Source: Nanobdellota archaeon
GTDB lineage: Archaea; Aenigmatarchaeota; Aenigmatarchaeia; Aenigmatarchaeales; Aenigmatarchaeaceae
Assembly: GCA_018901655.1 (NCBI GenBank)
Contig: JAHIEG010000004.1
Coordinates: 4,267 to 68,266, forward strand
DNA: 64,000 bases
Reading direction: 5' to 3'
Under the pieces are notes generated by a model that was not told the DNA's origin, did not search any database, and saw only the letters and a program-made list of their open reading frames with translations. Positions within the stretch are counted from its first letter, which is position 1, and each line of letters begins with the position of its first letter. Shown piece by piece: positions 47,352 through 57,592 of this stretch. The position numbers were made by a program, and so were the translations under genes.

Positions 47352-49034
47352 TTATCTTAACTTAACAGCAACTCCTTTCTTAAAATCTTTAATTTCTTTT
47401 TTGTTTAACAACGCCATTCCTGTTATAATTGGTTTACTATCTGAAACTATCAATACTTCTTCTCCTGGATAAATATCATCTGTTCGTTCAACAAACTTAG
47501 TAAATAATGATCTTCCACTTTTTACATGCTCAAGTATCTCTGATGGTACTTCAACTGTTTTCATCTTAATATATTTTGATCCTTCTAAGGTTGGTATAAA
47601 GAATCCATCATGTGGTCTTATTGTTCCAAGTAATTTTTTGTTTTTCCAAACTCTTCTAATCCGTCCTGTCTTTCTTGAAACTTCTGTGCTAAAACTTGTT
47701 TTAAACTTTGAACTAAATTGATATTCAATTGTTTTATTTACAATATCACTATTACTTGCTTTACCAATTGGTTCAACCTGATCTGGAACTATTGATTGTC
47801 CAAATGGATAAACTCCTTTTAATTCGATTGGTACTTTTCCAAACGGTTTCTTAACAAAATATTTTTTAGATTTAACTCCTTTAACCATTTTCTTAGCTCT
47901 TAGAACTTCTGGTCTATATTTCGATTCTTCGCCACACCATCGCAATGCGGATTTCTTCGAGATTGGTTCGTTCCCCAACAAATATTTTCTATATTTTTTG
48001 AGAACAAATTGTAACGCCTCAAGCAATGCCGGATGTGCTCTTGCTCTTTGTTGTACTAACTCCCACAAACTATTATCTCTGATTGCTTGGCGTATGGATC
48101 TTAATTCCGCGAATGTAACATAAAGATTGTGTCTTGCCAATTCTTTTACTTTTGCTGAATTTTCTAATTCTATTAATTCTTTAACCGTGTATTTTGTGCA
48201 TATCGGACATGAACATGGCAACTCTATTAATTCTTCTAATCTATGCGTTCCGTAATTTGTCATATATCTATTATCATATGCGTATAATGCGTAGGCAGCT
48301 GAATCAAAAATATCAGAACCTATGGCAACAGCCAAACTCATAAAACTAGGCAGACCCAAGCCAAATGCGTGGAGCGGCTTATTTGAAGGTATGTTCATTT
48401 TCGCTGTTATAATCTGCTGGCATACTGTTTTAAAATCATATCTTATCATCTTCGGCACAATCGAACCAATAGCATATGCATCAAAATCTAATTTGCCAAC
48501 GGATTTTGCACATTTTTTAACAAGATCAAGGTGTTCTCCGCCTTGTATCGGAGCCATCCATGATATTTTTGAATTCTCTGTTAATAATTTGCATTCTTTC
48601 GCTCTTTTAATTGTTTCGAGCACTGTTTTTTTCGCGTCATCATATTTTAAATCTCCAGATGTAACATCTAAAAAGGTTCCAATGTCTGGTTTTATTTTCT
48701 CTTGAAATTCAATTATCTCTTTATTTGTTAAATTAATAGACGACCCGAACATTGTTTGATATGCCCCACTGTCTGTCATTATCATACCGTCAAAATTCAA
48801 GAAATCATGAAGTCCTCGTTTCGAAATATCTTCCATTAACCTTGATCTTTTAATCAGATACGCATTTGTAATTATTAGTTTCGCCCCAAATTCTTTTTTT
48901 AATTCGGCTGGCGTTATTATCATTTTCCCAGGATTTATTACTACAGCCAGTTCTGGGAGCACTATGTTCCGATCACCCAAAGTTAGTTTAGATATTCGAC
49001 CTGAACAATCACGAGAGAGAAGTTCTAACATCAT
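47352..49034 (-). CDS. tgtA: archaeosine tRNA-guanine transglycosylase (ArcTGT) with C-terminal PUA domain
   Basis: TGT catalytic barrel, Zn site …CSCPICTKY…, C-terminal PUA-like segment. 560 aa. Confidence 0.9.
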   Translation of the reverse strand: MMLELLSRDCSGRISKLTLGDRNIVLPELAVVINPGKMIITPAELKKEFGAKLIITNAYLIKRSRLMEDISKRGLHDFLNFDGMIMTDSGAYQTMFGSSINLTNKEIIEFQEKIKPDIGTFLDVTSGDLKYDDAKKTVLETIKRAKECKLLTENSKISWMAPIQGGEHLDLVKKCAKSVGKLDFDAYAIGSIVPKMIRYDFKTVCQQIITAKMNIPSNKPLHAFGLGLPSFMSLAVAIGSDIFDSAAYALYAYDNRYMTNYGTHRLEELIELPCSCPICTKYTVKELIELENSAKVKELARHNLYVTFAELRSIRQAIRDNSLWELVQQRARAHPALLEALQFVLKKYRKYLLGNEPISKKSALRWCGEESKYRPEVLRAKKMVKGVKSKKYFVKKPFGKVPIELKGVYPFGQSIVPDQVEPIGKASNSDIVNKTIEYQFSSKFKTSFSTEVSRKTGRIRRVWKNKKLLGTIRPHDGFFIPTLEGSKYIKMKTVEVPSEILEHVKSGRSLFTKFVERTDDIYPGEEVLIVSDSKPIITGMALLNKKEIKDFKKGVAVKLR

Positions 49035-50220
49035 TTAACCTCCATACAGATTTTTTATTACTTCCAATCCTTTCTATTGTGCCCATTCTTTGTAGATTAT
49101 TAAGATGTTTCCGCATAGTTATTTGTGACCTATCAAATCTTATCGAAAGATCTTTACTTTTAAGAACATCTTTGTTATCAAACTCCTTTAATATTATCTG
49201 TTGAATTTCTCCTTTTTTATATTGTTTATTAAACTTACGAGAAACTAGTGCCACTATCCTTTCTTTTTTGAGCATATGAATGAAACTTACCTTTTCTTTA
49301 AATGTCTTGATTTGATATTGTCCCGTAATTCCGAAACCTAGACATATCCTATCTCTTTCTTTTCTAGATCTCATTTTTCTAACCGCATCGGGACTTACAC
49401 CCAAACCTATCAACATTTTTCTTGTATGTTCCAGAAACTCATTCAGATTTTCTGCTATTTGTGTCTTTTTATCAAAACATATTCTTATGTTATTATGTTT
49501 GTAACATACTGTTCCTTCATCATCAAATAACGCCTGTAAGAATGCTGACTTAATTTCATTTGATCCGTTCAGAATCCAATCTGGTATAAAATATTGTTTC
49601 TCTGTCTTCTTACCATCTGGTGCTCCGCATAAAATTAATAATTTACCGATAACATTCGAAAATGTTATCATAGTTTTTACTTTATTTGTAACGGTTATAA
49701 CTTCTGTTCCAGTGTTTAGATTTTTTCCGAAGACTTTGACGACATCTTTCCTAACACTTTCAACCAACTCCTTTCTTGTATTTGAATATTGAAACTGATT
49801 TGCTCTTTTACTGATATGTCCATCGCCCATCGCATGAGCAACAAGTCTAGCCAAAGCAGCTGATGATACTACTGGCAATTTAACAGGAATCAGTTGATGA
49901 TGCTTACCGCGCATATATTTTATATTTTTCTCAATATCAGAATATGGTATTTCTGATAGCTTTGATATGTTTCTAATCATATGCGAACTAGCTAAAGCCT
50001 CTTCTCTTATTCCTTTTCTGTTTCGAAAGCCATTTTTTATTTCTATCACATGAGAATCGTGCATATTAAATATCTTGGCCAGTTTTTTCCACTCTCCTCC
50101 AGCGTTATATCTTGCTCTGTCAAATAGTTTTTTTCTGAATTCGTCGTTGATGCCGATAAAAATACTGTTTGGTAAATTATCTAATGATATTAAATTCGTG
50201 CGATCCGTCATATAAATCAC
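49009..50220 (-). CDS. free-standing HTH + double-LAGLIDADG + C-terminal winged-helix protein (intact paralogue of 2749..3887)
   Basis: N-terminal …GEWKKLAKIFNMHDSHVIEIKNGFR… HTH, …LARLVAHAMGDGHIS… (motif 1), …LQALFDDEGTV… (motif 2), C-terminal …HLNNLQRMGTIERIGSNKKSVWRL…. Confidence 0.65.
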   Translation of the reverse strand: MIYMTDRTNLISLDNLPNSIFIGINDEFRKKLFDRARYNAGGEWKKLAKIFNMHDSHVIEIKNGFRNRKGIREEALASSHMIRNISKLSEIPYSDIEKNIKYMRGKHHQLIPVKLPVVSSAALARLVAHAMGDGHISKRANQFQYSNTRKELVESVRKDVVKVFGKNLNTGTEVITVTNKVKTMITFSNVIGKLLILCGAPDGKKTEKQYFIPDWILNGSNEIKSAFLQALFDDEGTVCYKHNNIRICFDKKTQIAENLNEFLEHTRKMLIGLGVSPDAVRKMRSRKERDRICLGFGITGQYQIKTFKEKVSFIHMLKKERIVALVSRKFNKQYKKGEIQQIILKEFDNKDVLKSKDLSIRFDRSQITMRKHLNNLQRMGTIERIGSNKKSVWRLNDVRTSLS

Positions 50221-50542
50221 TTATAGTAATAAGGTTGATTTTATTTAAATGCTAAGCTATCTCTATAGATAGAGTTATGGTCTGTATAGATTCTACTGTA
50301 TCATGTATGAATGAATCTGGGTTTATCATTGTTCTCACTTGAACTGTTCAACGTTTACTCACGCTGATTAGAAGTGCAACTCGGTTGCTTAATATAAATT
50401 TAAAATGGTAGTTAATTACAAGATTTACAAGCTTTATAATATAGAAAAATATAATTATTATCAGTGTTCAGGAGGATAATCCAGGTATTGGGGAATTAAG
50501 TCTTATGACTTGAAACTCAGCTTTGTTTCGGCAAAGTGATAT

Positions 50543-50758
50543 TTGGGCCTTAAACTGAACACCATGTTTAAGAGATATGTTATCATGATAAACAAACTTT
50601 CAAAAAAACAATTTTGGTTTTTGCACTTTTTAGTATTTTTATCCTTGTTAGCATTATGGGGATATATCGAAACCAGTAATAAGTATTTAATTTTATTATC
50701 AGCATTATCTTTCTACGGTGCTTTATGCGAGGCATTTAAAGCGTTGTTAAGAAAATAA
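50543..50758 (+). CDS. small membrane protein (2 TM), hypothetical
   Basis: 71-aa hydrophobic ORF. Confidence 0.35.
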   Translation: MGLKLNTMFKRYVIMINKLSKKQFWFLHFLVFLSLLALWGYIETSNKYLILLSALSFYGALCEAFKALLRK

Positions 50759-50821
50759 AAATTTAGAGCGTTAGTTATTTTAGTTAGTTTTATACCTAAC
50801 ATAATAAGCAGATTTATAAAT

Positions 50822-50831
50822 GGGGGGGGGG
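50822..50831. repeat. G10 homopolymer tract immediately upstream (about 10 nt) of the lipoprotein gene start
   Basis: Seen directly: TGGGGGGGGGGAATTATAATTATG. Extreme outlier in an approximately 30% GC sequence. Confidence 0.9.
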
Positions 50832-50841
50832 AATTATAATT

Positions 50842-51717
50842 ATGAAAAAGGTAATGCTAATCGCTTTGTTAACGATAGCAATAATTTCTGTTAGTGGTTG
50901 TATTCAAGGAGATACTGATACGAAAACAGGAGGGGCACCTGCAATAGCGATTACCTATAATATGTATGGTGAAATTTTGAGTTATTCTATTCAAGGAAAT
51001 ACAATAGATCTTACAGTCCAAGCTTCTATAATAGATTATGAATTAGAAGATAAGACAGTTGATATAACAGCAGAAATTGGTGGAACCATAGCGACAAATA
51101 AAATAGAGAATAATAAAAATTTGGCGTTGTACTTTGTGAAGGGTAAAGAAGAGGATGCGTGGGTACTTTCTGAAATTATAGAGGATTTAGCAAAATATAA
51201 AGAACGTGGATTGACTTATCATAAAAATGATCTGAAAATAAACCAGCTTACAAATGTTGAAACCTATGAAAACGCAACTGCACAACAAATAATATCATCA
51301 GTCATTAATAATATTGGAGAAGAAACAGAATTGGCAATTGAACTCCAGAATTATCAAGACAATGATATTACATACAGAATACTTAATGCTGATATAAGAA
51401 GCGAATTTGCTAATGATGTTGTTGAAGCATGTCAAATAAGTTTTGATGATACTGAAAATATAATAGTAGGAAGAGAAAGCAGTTTGATTCCATACACAAC
51501 AGAAATACTTAGATTCAATGTTTTATGTGATGATACAGTTGAAAAAGAAAACACACGAGAATCTTGTGATATTAATGGAGAAAACTGTCAAACAATAACT
51601 ACTCCAAATAAATTTATTCTGTGGGGCCAAATTGAATTTACAGACGAACTTGGTTTATTGAATAAACATATTATACCAGAACAAAGGGTTCTTAAACAAC
51701 ATATAGATATAGAATAA
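50842..51717 (+). CDS. putative lipoprotein/surface protein (signal peptide + lipobox-like VSGC)
   Basis: MKKVMLIALLTIAIISVSGC…, remainder hydrophilic. Confidence 0.55.
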   Translation: MKKVMLIALLTIAIISVSGCIQGDTDTKTGGAPAIAITYNMYGEILSYSIQGNTIDLTVQASIIDYELEDKTVDITAEIGGTIATNKIENNKNLALYFVKGKEEDAWVLSEIIEDLAKYKERGLTYHKNDLKINQLTNVETYENATAQQIISSVINNIGEETELAIELQNYQDNDITYRILNADIRSEFANDVVEACQISFDDTENIIVGRESSLIPYTTEILRFNVLCDDTVEKENTRESCDINGENCQTITTPNKFILWGQIEFTDELGLLNKHIIPEQRVLKQHIDIE

Positions 51718-51918
51718 GTGATTTATTTCTCCAACATTTTTCTAATCCTCTCTCCAATTTCAGGAGCATACTTATAGAAAGCAGGCCTGAAATGTGGCAT
51801 TATTGTAGGAGTTCTGATAGTATGTTTTCCTATAGTAAATTTACAGATTCTCCCATTTGCATCTCTATCAATTAGTTCTAACATAACAATTTATACGAAC
51901 AGGAGATTATAATAAGTT

Positions 51919-52461
51919 ATGTCTGAAGTATATCCTCCGTCAGAAGACTCATATCTAATAGCTAAACATATTCCGCGGGATTTGAAAGGTAAAAAGGTTT
52001 TAGACATAGGAACTGGTTCTGGATTACTTGCTATTACAGCTGCTATTAATGGCGGTGAAGTTCTTGCTATTGATGTTAATGAATTTGCTCTAAAAGCTAC
52101 TCAAAGAAGTGCTGATCAATTTGGAGTTAAGGTTGAAACAAGAATTAGTGATTTATTTGTTAATGTAAAAGGAAAATTTGATTTAATTTTATTTAATCCG
52201 CCATATGTTCCAACTGATGAGAATGATAAATACCTTTCTACAGAAATGCAACTTGCAACTACTTCTGGAAGCGATGGGACTGATTTAATTAATCATTTCC
52301 TAAAAGAATTCAAATCTCACTTAAACACTAGTGGTAAAGTTCTGATGATTATATCATCTACAAATAAAATTAAGGACAATTTAGAAAATAAAGGATGGAA
52401 AGAAGTTGATAACGCCGCATTCTTTTTTGAAAGAATTTATTTAATGGAATGTTTTAAATAG
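51919..52461 (+). CDS. HemK/Mtq2-family methyltransferase (NPPY motif; probable release-factor glutamine N5-methyltransferase)
   Basis: SAM motif …VLDIGTGSGLLAI… and …LILFNPPYVP…. Confidence 0.7.
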   Translation: MSEVYPPSEDSYLIAKHIPRDLKGKKVLDIGTGSGLLAITAAINGGEVLAIDVNEFALKATQRSADQFGVKVETRISDLFVNVKGKFDLILFNPPYVPTDENDKYLSTEMQLATTSGSDGTDLINHFLKEFKSHLNTSGKVLMIISSTNKIKDNLENKGWKEVDNAAFFFERIYLMECFK

Positions 52462-52608
52462 TTTTCTATACTACTATTATTATGCCTAAAAGAAAAAGAA
52501 CAGAACGAGACGCAATTGAAATACTAGTTGAAGAAGGTCGTTATCGACCATCATATCAAAACGACATAATGCTTGAAGTAGAAATAAATAAAATCAGAAA
52601 TAAATATT

Positions 52609-52854
52609 CTAAAGACTAAAATACCAAACAACTGAAACTACAATATGTAACACTCCTGTTAAAATTGTTAACCATGCTAAAGGCTTATGGTTCTGACAAA
52701 GTTTTTTATTCTTATCACATTCTTTACCTTTACATTTATGAAAATTTTCACATCTACTTGCCCATGGCATAGAATAACAAGTAGCGAAATTTAGTACAAA
52801 AAACAGTCCGCCAATTATTCCTGTCATCCACACTAGTTCAACAGATATAATCAT
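52609..52854 (-). CDS. small membrane protein, hypothetical
   Basis: Hydrophobic ORF with several Cys. Confidence 0.4.
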   Translation of the reverse strand: MIISVELVWMTGIIGGLFFVLNFATCYSMPWASRCENFHKCKGKECDKNKKLCQNHKPLAWLTILTGVLHIVVSVVWYFSL

Positions 52855-53180
52855 TTCTTTCTACCTTTCTTAGTTCCTAATATTGATAATAATGCATAAC
52901 CGATCATAATATCACTTAACATTATTGCATTGTCTGCCATTGTTCCCACGACACTATATTGTAAATGAGCAATGACTCCACCTAGGCCAATCAGTGTGTT
53001 TAACCAAAATCCATATATTCTTGTCTTATCACTTAGATACAAAGCTGTTATTACAAATGCATCAAACAACGCAAGTGGTAAAAGCCATGTTATATCTGGA
53101 TGAACTTTTAGATGTAGCAATACTGCTGACATTGGTAGTAAGAACAATGCTAGTACCAATGAAATCTGAGTTTTGTTCAT
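52851..53180 (-). CDS. membrane protein (3 TM), hypothetical
   Basis: Hydrophobic ORF co-oriented with 52609..52854. Confidence 0.45.
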   Translation of the reverse strand: MNKTQISLVLALFLLPMSAVLLHLKVHPDITWLLPLALFDAFVITALYLSDKTRIYGFWLNTLIGLGGVIAHLQYSVVGTMADNAIMLSDIMIGYALLSILGTKKGRKK

Positions 53181-53207
53181 AATGTATTTATATATCTTGT
53201 ATATAAA

Positions 53208-54482
53208 ATGCTTTCTATGACTGAAAAAACATTATACTTAAACTCTGGTAAGTGTAGTCATGCTAAATGTGTATTTTGTGGATGGGGTACATATGAGTAT
53301 CCAAAATTAAGTTTTAATGAGTTAAAAGAATGGTTTGACACGAGGGTGGATGAAGTTGAAACTCTTAAAATATTTAATTCTGGTTCTTTTTTAGATAATA
53401 ATCAGGTTGATCCGAAGTTTAGAAAATGGTTAATCAAAAGATGTGAAGAACTTGAAATTAAAAACTTAGTTATTGAGTCAAGGCCAGAGTTTGTTACTCA
53501 AGAAAGTTTAAACGAAATGAAATCAAATAAAGTCCATATTACGGTTGCAATTGGTTTAGAAGTTGCTGATAATGAAGTTCTTAAAAATGTTAATAAGGGG
53601 TTTACAGTTGAAGATTATTTAAACGCAGCTAAAATTCTTAAGAAAAATAATTTTGGATTAAGAAGTTATGTTTTAGTAAATATTCCTTTTGAAACAGATG
53701 AGAGTTTAGAAAAAAGTATTAAAATTGCTAAAGAAAATTCTGATTCAGTTGTTATTATAAATTGGTTCCCACATGGATATTCTCCAGCATTTAATCTGTG
53801 GCTCGAAGGAAAACATAAACCACTTGATAAAACCGAGTTTGAAGAAAAGACTAAAACCTTTACTAATGTTGAAAAAGACTTTGATAACTTTGTGTTTAAA
53901 CCACTTTGGCCAAAAAATAAACAACGATGGATTAATGGTGCAACTGAAAAAGAATTAAAACATCCTTATTATGAAATCTGGCAAGACTTTATTGTACGAT
54001 TCTATAAAAATAAAAGAAAAAATGTTTTATTCGTTCCTTGTGCATTTAGAAAACCATATACTAGATCAAAATTACATAAAGCAATTAGAAGAGCACTTTT
54101 TAAAATTCCAAATTCACGAGAACTTCACTTAATTGTCATAAGTTCACCTGGAGTTATTCCATATGAGTTTGCTGACAAATATCCATTCAATAAATATGAT
54201 TGGAAAGAATGGGAAGAAACGCCTGAGATAAAACAAATGTATATTGAAGTAAATCAGAAACGTATTGAAAACTATTTACAAACTCACAAATATGAAAAAT
54301 ATTTTTGTTATCTAAGACCTGATTCTGAAAGTTACAAAGCACTACATAATGCATGTGATATGCTTGGAATAAAAATTATTGATTGTATTTCAGACGAAAC
54401 ATTTGAGAAAATTAAAGATGAAAAGAATGCTTTATCTCTTGATGAACCGCTTGAAGATTTGAAAAAGAATTTAGTTTTCTAA
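53208..54482 (+). CDS. radical-SAM-like protein with non-canonical CX4CX2C cluster motif (Elp3/TIGR01210-like N-terminal domain) + uncharacterised C-terminal domain
   Basis: …NSGKCSHAKCVFCGWG… near the N-terminus. No GNAT domain. C-terminal 170 aa unassigned. Confidence 0.45.
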   Translation: MLSMTEKTLYLNSGKCSHAKCVFCGWGTYEYPKLSFNELKEWFDTRVDEVETLKIFNSGSFLDNNQVDPKFRKWLIKRCEELEIKNLVIESRPEFVTQESLNEMKSNKVHITVAIGLEVADNEVLKNVNKGFTVEDYLNAAKILKKNNFGLRSYVLVNIPFETDESLEKSIKIAKENSDSVVIINWFPHGYSPAFNLWLEGKHKPLDKTEFEEKTKTFTNVEKDFDNFVFKPLWPKNKQRWINGATEKELKHPYYEIWQDFIVRFYKNKRKNVLFVPCAFRKPYTRSKLHKAIRRALFKIPNSRELHLIVISSPGVIPYEFADKYPFNKYDWKEWEETPEIKQMYIEVNQKRIENYLQTHKYEKYFCYLRPDSESYKALHNACDMLGIKIIDCISDETFEKIKDEKNALSLDEPLEDLKKNLVF

Positions 54483-55552
54483 ATTAGCCATTTGTTTTTG
54501 AAAATTAGTTTCCTGTCAAGATAAATCCTTCCGCCTTTGCTCATGTCCTTGACTATATCCCAATGAAGCGCGCTTTTATTCGGAGCACCGCACTCCTTAT
54601 ATGCCATACCAAACGCGAAATGCGTTGTATTAAGAATTTTTTCATCAAATAATAAGTTCTTTGTAAACTTAGTTACCTTTGGGTTCATACCAAGTCCGAT
54701 CTCTCCAAGATATCTTGAACCTGCATCTATATCTAACATCTTGTTTAAGAACTTCTCATTTTTAGAAGCGGTAGCTTTAATACACTTACCGTTTTTAAAT
54801 TCACAATAAATATTATTTACTTCTACACCGTTTTTGATTGCTGGAAAGTCAAACGTAATATAACCATTAACTGAATTTTTAACAGGTGCACCAAATACTT
54901 CTCCACCTGGCATGTTTTCATGTCCTGAATCTAATACAAAGCTTTTTGGAAATATTTTCATTTTCAAATCTGTTCCTACTCCAATAAAATGTAATTCTTT
55001 ACCTGTATTTAATTTATTTTTAATCACTGTCCAACGTTTTGAAAGTTTTTTATAATCAATAAAACAAGCGTTATACAAAAAGTCTTCATACTCTTCTATA
55101 CTCATCTCTGCATCTTGTGCTAAAGCTTGAGTTGGAAAATCTAAAGTCACTCTGTGTATCTTTGGTTTTGCATTAACTACATAATCTGATATCTTATTTG
55201 TTACCTTACTACGAATTGCTATTCTATTTGGATCAACATTTGAAAACTCTCTTGTATTCATATCAGCTCCGATTCCAATGTATTTTTGTGTTTGTTTAAG
55301 CTCATTAAAATAAAGTTTTGGAAATTTCTTTAACTGTTCAACTGACGCGTTTTTATAATAAAAATATGAAAGTCCCGGTATACCAAGATTAACTACTGGA
55401 TATGCTCCTTTTTTTAGAATTAATTTATACACTTCTTTAACCAATTCTTGAGCTGGAGTTGAAGATGAAATAATAACCCTTTCTCCTTTTTTTACAAAGA
55501 CAGAATAGTCAACGATTACTTTTGCTAACTTTGTTATTTTTGTATCAACCAT
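54479..55552 (-). CDS. aminopeptidase, M29 (AmpS/aminopeptidase T) family
   Basis: N-terminus …LAKVIVDYSVFVKKGERVIISSSTPAQELVKEVYKLILKKGAYP… matches M29. Confidence 0.6.
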   Translation of the reverse strand: MVDTKITKLAKVIVDYSVFVKKGERVIISSSTPAQELVKEVYKLILKKGAYPVVNLGIPGLSYFYYKNASVEQLKKFPKLYFNELKQTQKYIGIGADMNTREFSNVDPNRIAIRSKVTNKISDYVVNAKPKIHRVTLDFPTQALAQDAEMSIEEYEDFLYNACFIDYKKLSKRWTVIKNKLNTGKELHFIGVGTDLKMKIFPKSFVLDSGHENMPGGEVFGAPVKNSVNGYITFDFPAIKNGVEVNNIYCEFKNGKCIKATASKNEKFLNKMLDIDAGSRYLGEIGLGMNPKVTKFTKNLLFDEKILNTTHFAFGMAYKECGAPNKSALHWDIVKDMSKGGRIYLDRKLIFKNKWLI

Positions 55553-55556
55553 ATAA

Positions 55557-56204
55557 TCACTTAATCGCCTTAGTTAAATTAACTATTCCTTTCCTCTTTA
55601 ATAAATACATATCCTCAAATCGTATTCCGAAGTTAGTAGAATGGATTCCTGGTTCTAATGTAAAAATATCACCAACTTTAAATCTATGTTTGGATTTTGG
55701 AGTTATCTTTGGACTTTGATGTATTCTCTTTCCAACTCCATGTCCTAAAGCATATGGAAATCTTATCTTTGTTTTAGACTTAATAAAGGCTCTAGCAACT
55801 TTGTCTACTTCTTTACATTTAACACCTGGTCTAACTTGATTCTCTGCTAAACTTTTTGCATTTTTAATTATCTTCATTAATTTCTTTTGACGCGAAGTTG
55901 GTTTAATACAAATTGTTCTTGTAACATCTGATCTTGAATTTCCTATAACTATTCCCATGTCAACAATAACCAACTCTGTTTTCTTAACTCTCCGATATGT
56001 TGGTTTAGGATGAACTCTTGATGAGTTTTTACCAGAAGAAACTATTGTTGGAAATGCTAAACCCTTAGCTCCTAATTTCATTGCATATTTTTTTATTTCA
56101 GTTGCTATTTGTTTTTCCGTTAACTCGTTAGAAATTAATTTACGCGCGAGTTTAAAACAAGATTTTGTAATCTTAATGCTTCTATCTAAGTCTTTCATAA
56201 ACAA
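55557..56204 (-). CDS. M24-family metallopeptidase (pita-bread fold; short MetAP/Xaa-Pro aminopeptidase-like)
   Basis: …FPTIVSSGKNSSRVHPKP…, …VIVDMGIV…, …HGVGKRIHQSP…, …FTLEPGIH…GIRFEDMYLL…. Confidence 0.55.
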   Translation of the reverse strand: MFMKDLDRSIKITKSCFKLARKLISNELTEKQIATEIKKYAMKLGAKGLAFPTIVSSGKNSSRVHPKPTYRRVKKTELVIVDMGIVIGNSRSDVTRTICIKPTSRQKKLMKIIKNAKSLAENQVRPGVKCKEVDKVARAFIKSKTKIRFPYALGHGVGKRIHQSPKITPKSKHRFKVGDIFTLEPGIHSTNFGIRFEDMYLLKRKGIVNLTKAIK

Positions 56205-56228
56205 TAGTGGGAAAGAGAAAATAAAAAG

Positions 56229-57434
56229 CTACTCTAGGTCTTCTAGAGTAATTACTTTAAGTCCTCTAGGAATTCTCATTCGTTCCATTGAAGTACCAAC
56301 TACGGTTTTAATTCCATTTCTTGCCGAAAGATCAGCAATCTTTTGGTCAACTGGTCCATCTAAAACCAAAGTCTCTGCTTTTGATTCTCTAATTGTATTG
56401 TAAATCTCTTTGATTGGTACTTTTCCAATTGCTTCCAATTTCTTTCCAAAATAATATGCTCCCTTAGAACCTGAAAGTTGATTCATTGCTTCTTTGAAAA
56501 CTTGTTTTTGATCTGTCTCAACCCTCATCTTTCTTCGAACATATGGTTTTGATTCATAAGTTTTATTTTCTGTTCGTTCAAATGATTTATTTTCATCTCG
56601 ATCAAAAGACTTTTTTTCAAACTTATCTTCTTTACCATATGGTTGTTTTTCTCTAAGTGCTTTGAATAGTTCTTTCTTAGACAGATCTTCTACTTCTTTA
56701 CCTTCAGGTGCTCTTGCTACGAAATCTACTGAACCAACTGCTGCTAGTTCTTTCAAAATCATATCACCACCTCGATCTCCATCTAAAAACACTGTTGTTT
56801 CTTTTATTTTAGAAAGAGATGCTACAATTGGTGGTACTGAAGTTCCTTGAACAGCAATAGCATTTCTAATTCCATTTTTTAATAGTTTTAAAACATCTGC
56901 TCTTCCTTCAACTACTATTATTGAATCAGAGTCTCCTACATCTGGCCCAGCTGGTAGTCCTTGAAATTCGACGATTTCTCCACTTCGAACTGCGCTTTTA
57001 ATTTGTTCAGAAAGTTCATCAATTTCTGCATCTCCGTCTCCCATTGTTTCTAAAAGTTGCTGAGCTCGATCAACTACATATTTTCTTTTACCAATTCTAG
57101 AATCATCTATTTTTTCAACTTGTAGTTTTGTATTACAAGGTCCTATTCTTTCAATCGTCTCCATCGTTGCAGCCAATAAGGCTGTTTCAGAAGAGTCCAG
57201 TGAAGATGGAATTGTAATTACTCCACTTGTTTTACCCTTCTCTGTTCTTAGATTAACATCAATTCTTCCTACTCTTCCAGTTTTTTGAAGTTCTCTTAAA
57301 TCCATATCTGCTCCAAGTAAACCTTCAGTTTGACCAAATACTGCTCCAATTACATCTGGCTTTTCTACTGTACCATCAGCTTGAAAATTAATATAAATGA
57401 TATACTTTGACGCTGACTGCGCTAATTTTCCCAT
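56229..57434 (-). CDS. dnaG: archaeal DnaG-type primase (Toprim)
   Basis: …IIVVEGRADVLKL… and …FLDGDRGGDMI… Toprim motifs. 401 aa. Confidence 0.85.
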   Translation of the reverse strand: MGKLAQSASKYIIYINFQADGTVEKPDVIGAVFGQTEGLLGADMDLRELQKTGRVGRIDVNLRTEKGKTSGVITIPSSLDSSETALLAATMETIERIGPCNTKLQVEKIDDSRIGKRKYVVDRAQQLLETMGDGDAEIDELSEQIKSAVRSGEIVEFQGLPAGPDVGDSDSIIVVEGRADVLKLLKNGIRNAIAVQGTSVPPIVASLSKIKETTVFLDGDRGGDMILKELAAVGSVDFVARAPEGKEVEDLSKKELFKALREKQPYGKEDKFEKKSFDRDENKSFERTENKTYESKPYVRRKMRVETDQKQVFKEAMNQLSGSKGAYYFGKKLEAIGKVPIKEIYNTIRESKAETLVLDGPVDQKIADLSARNGIKTVVGTSMERMRIPRGLKVITLEDLE

Positions 57435-57592
57435 TTAATCACCTTGTTTATTAGTTAATTGAAAGAAATAGTTCGTACCTATGTACTACATACTATATGT
57501 GGCCTCAACGCCGGAATCATGATAGTTATTCTTTCAATCCTATTTAGTAGTGGTTTTTGAAGGTATTTAAGCTTTTTATTCTAAACTAGATT

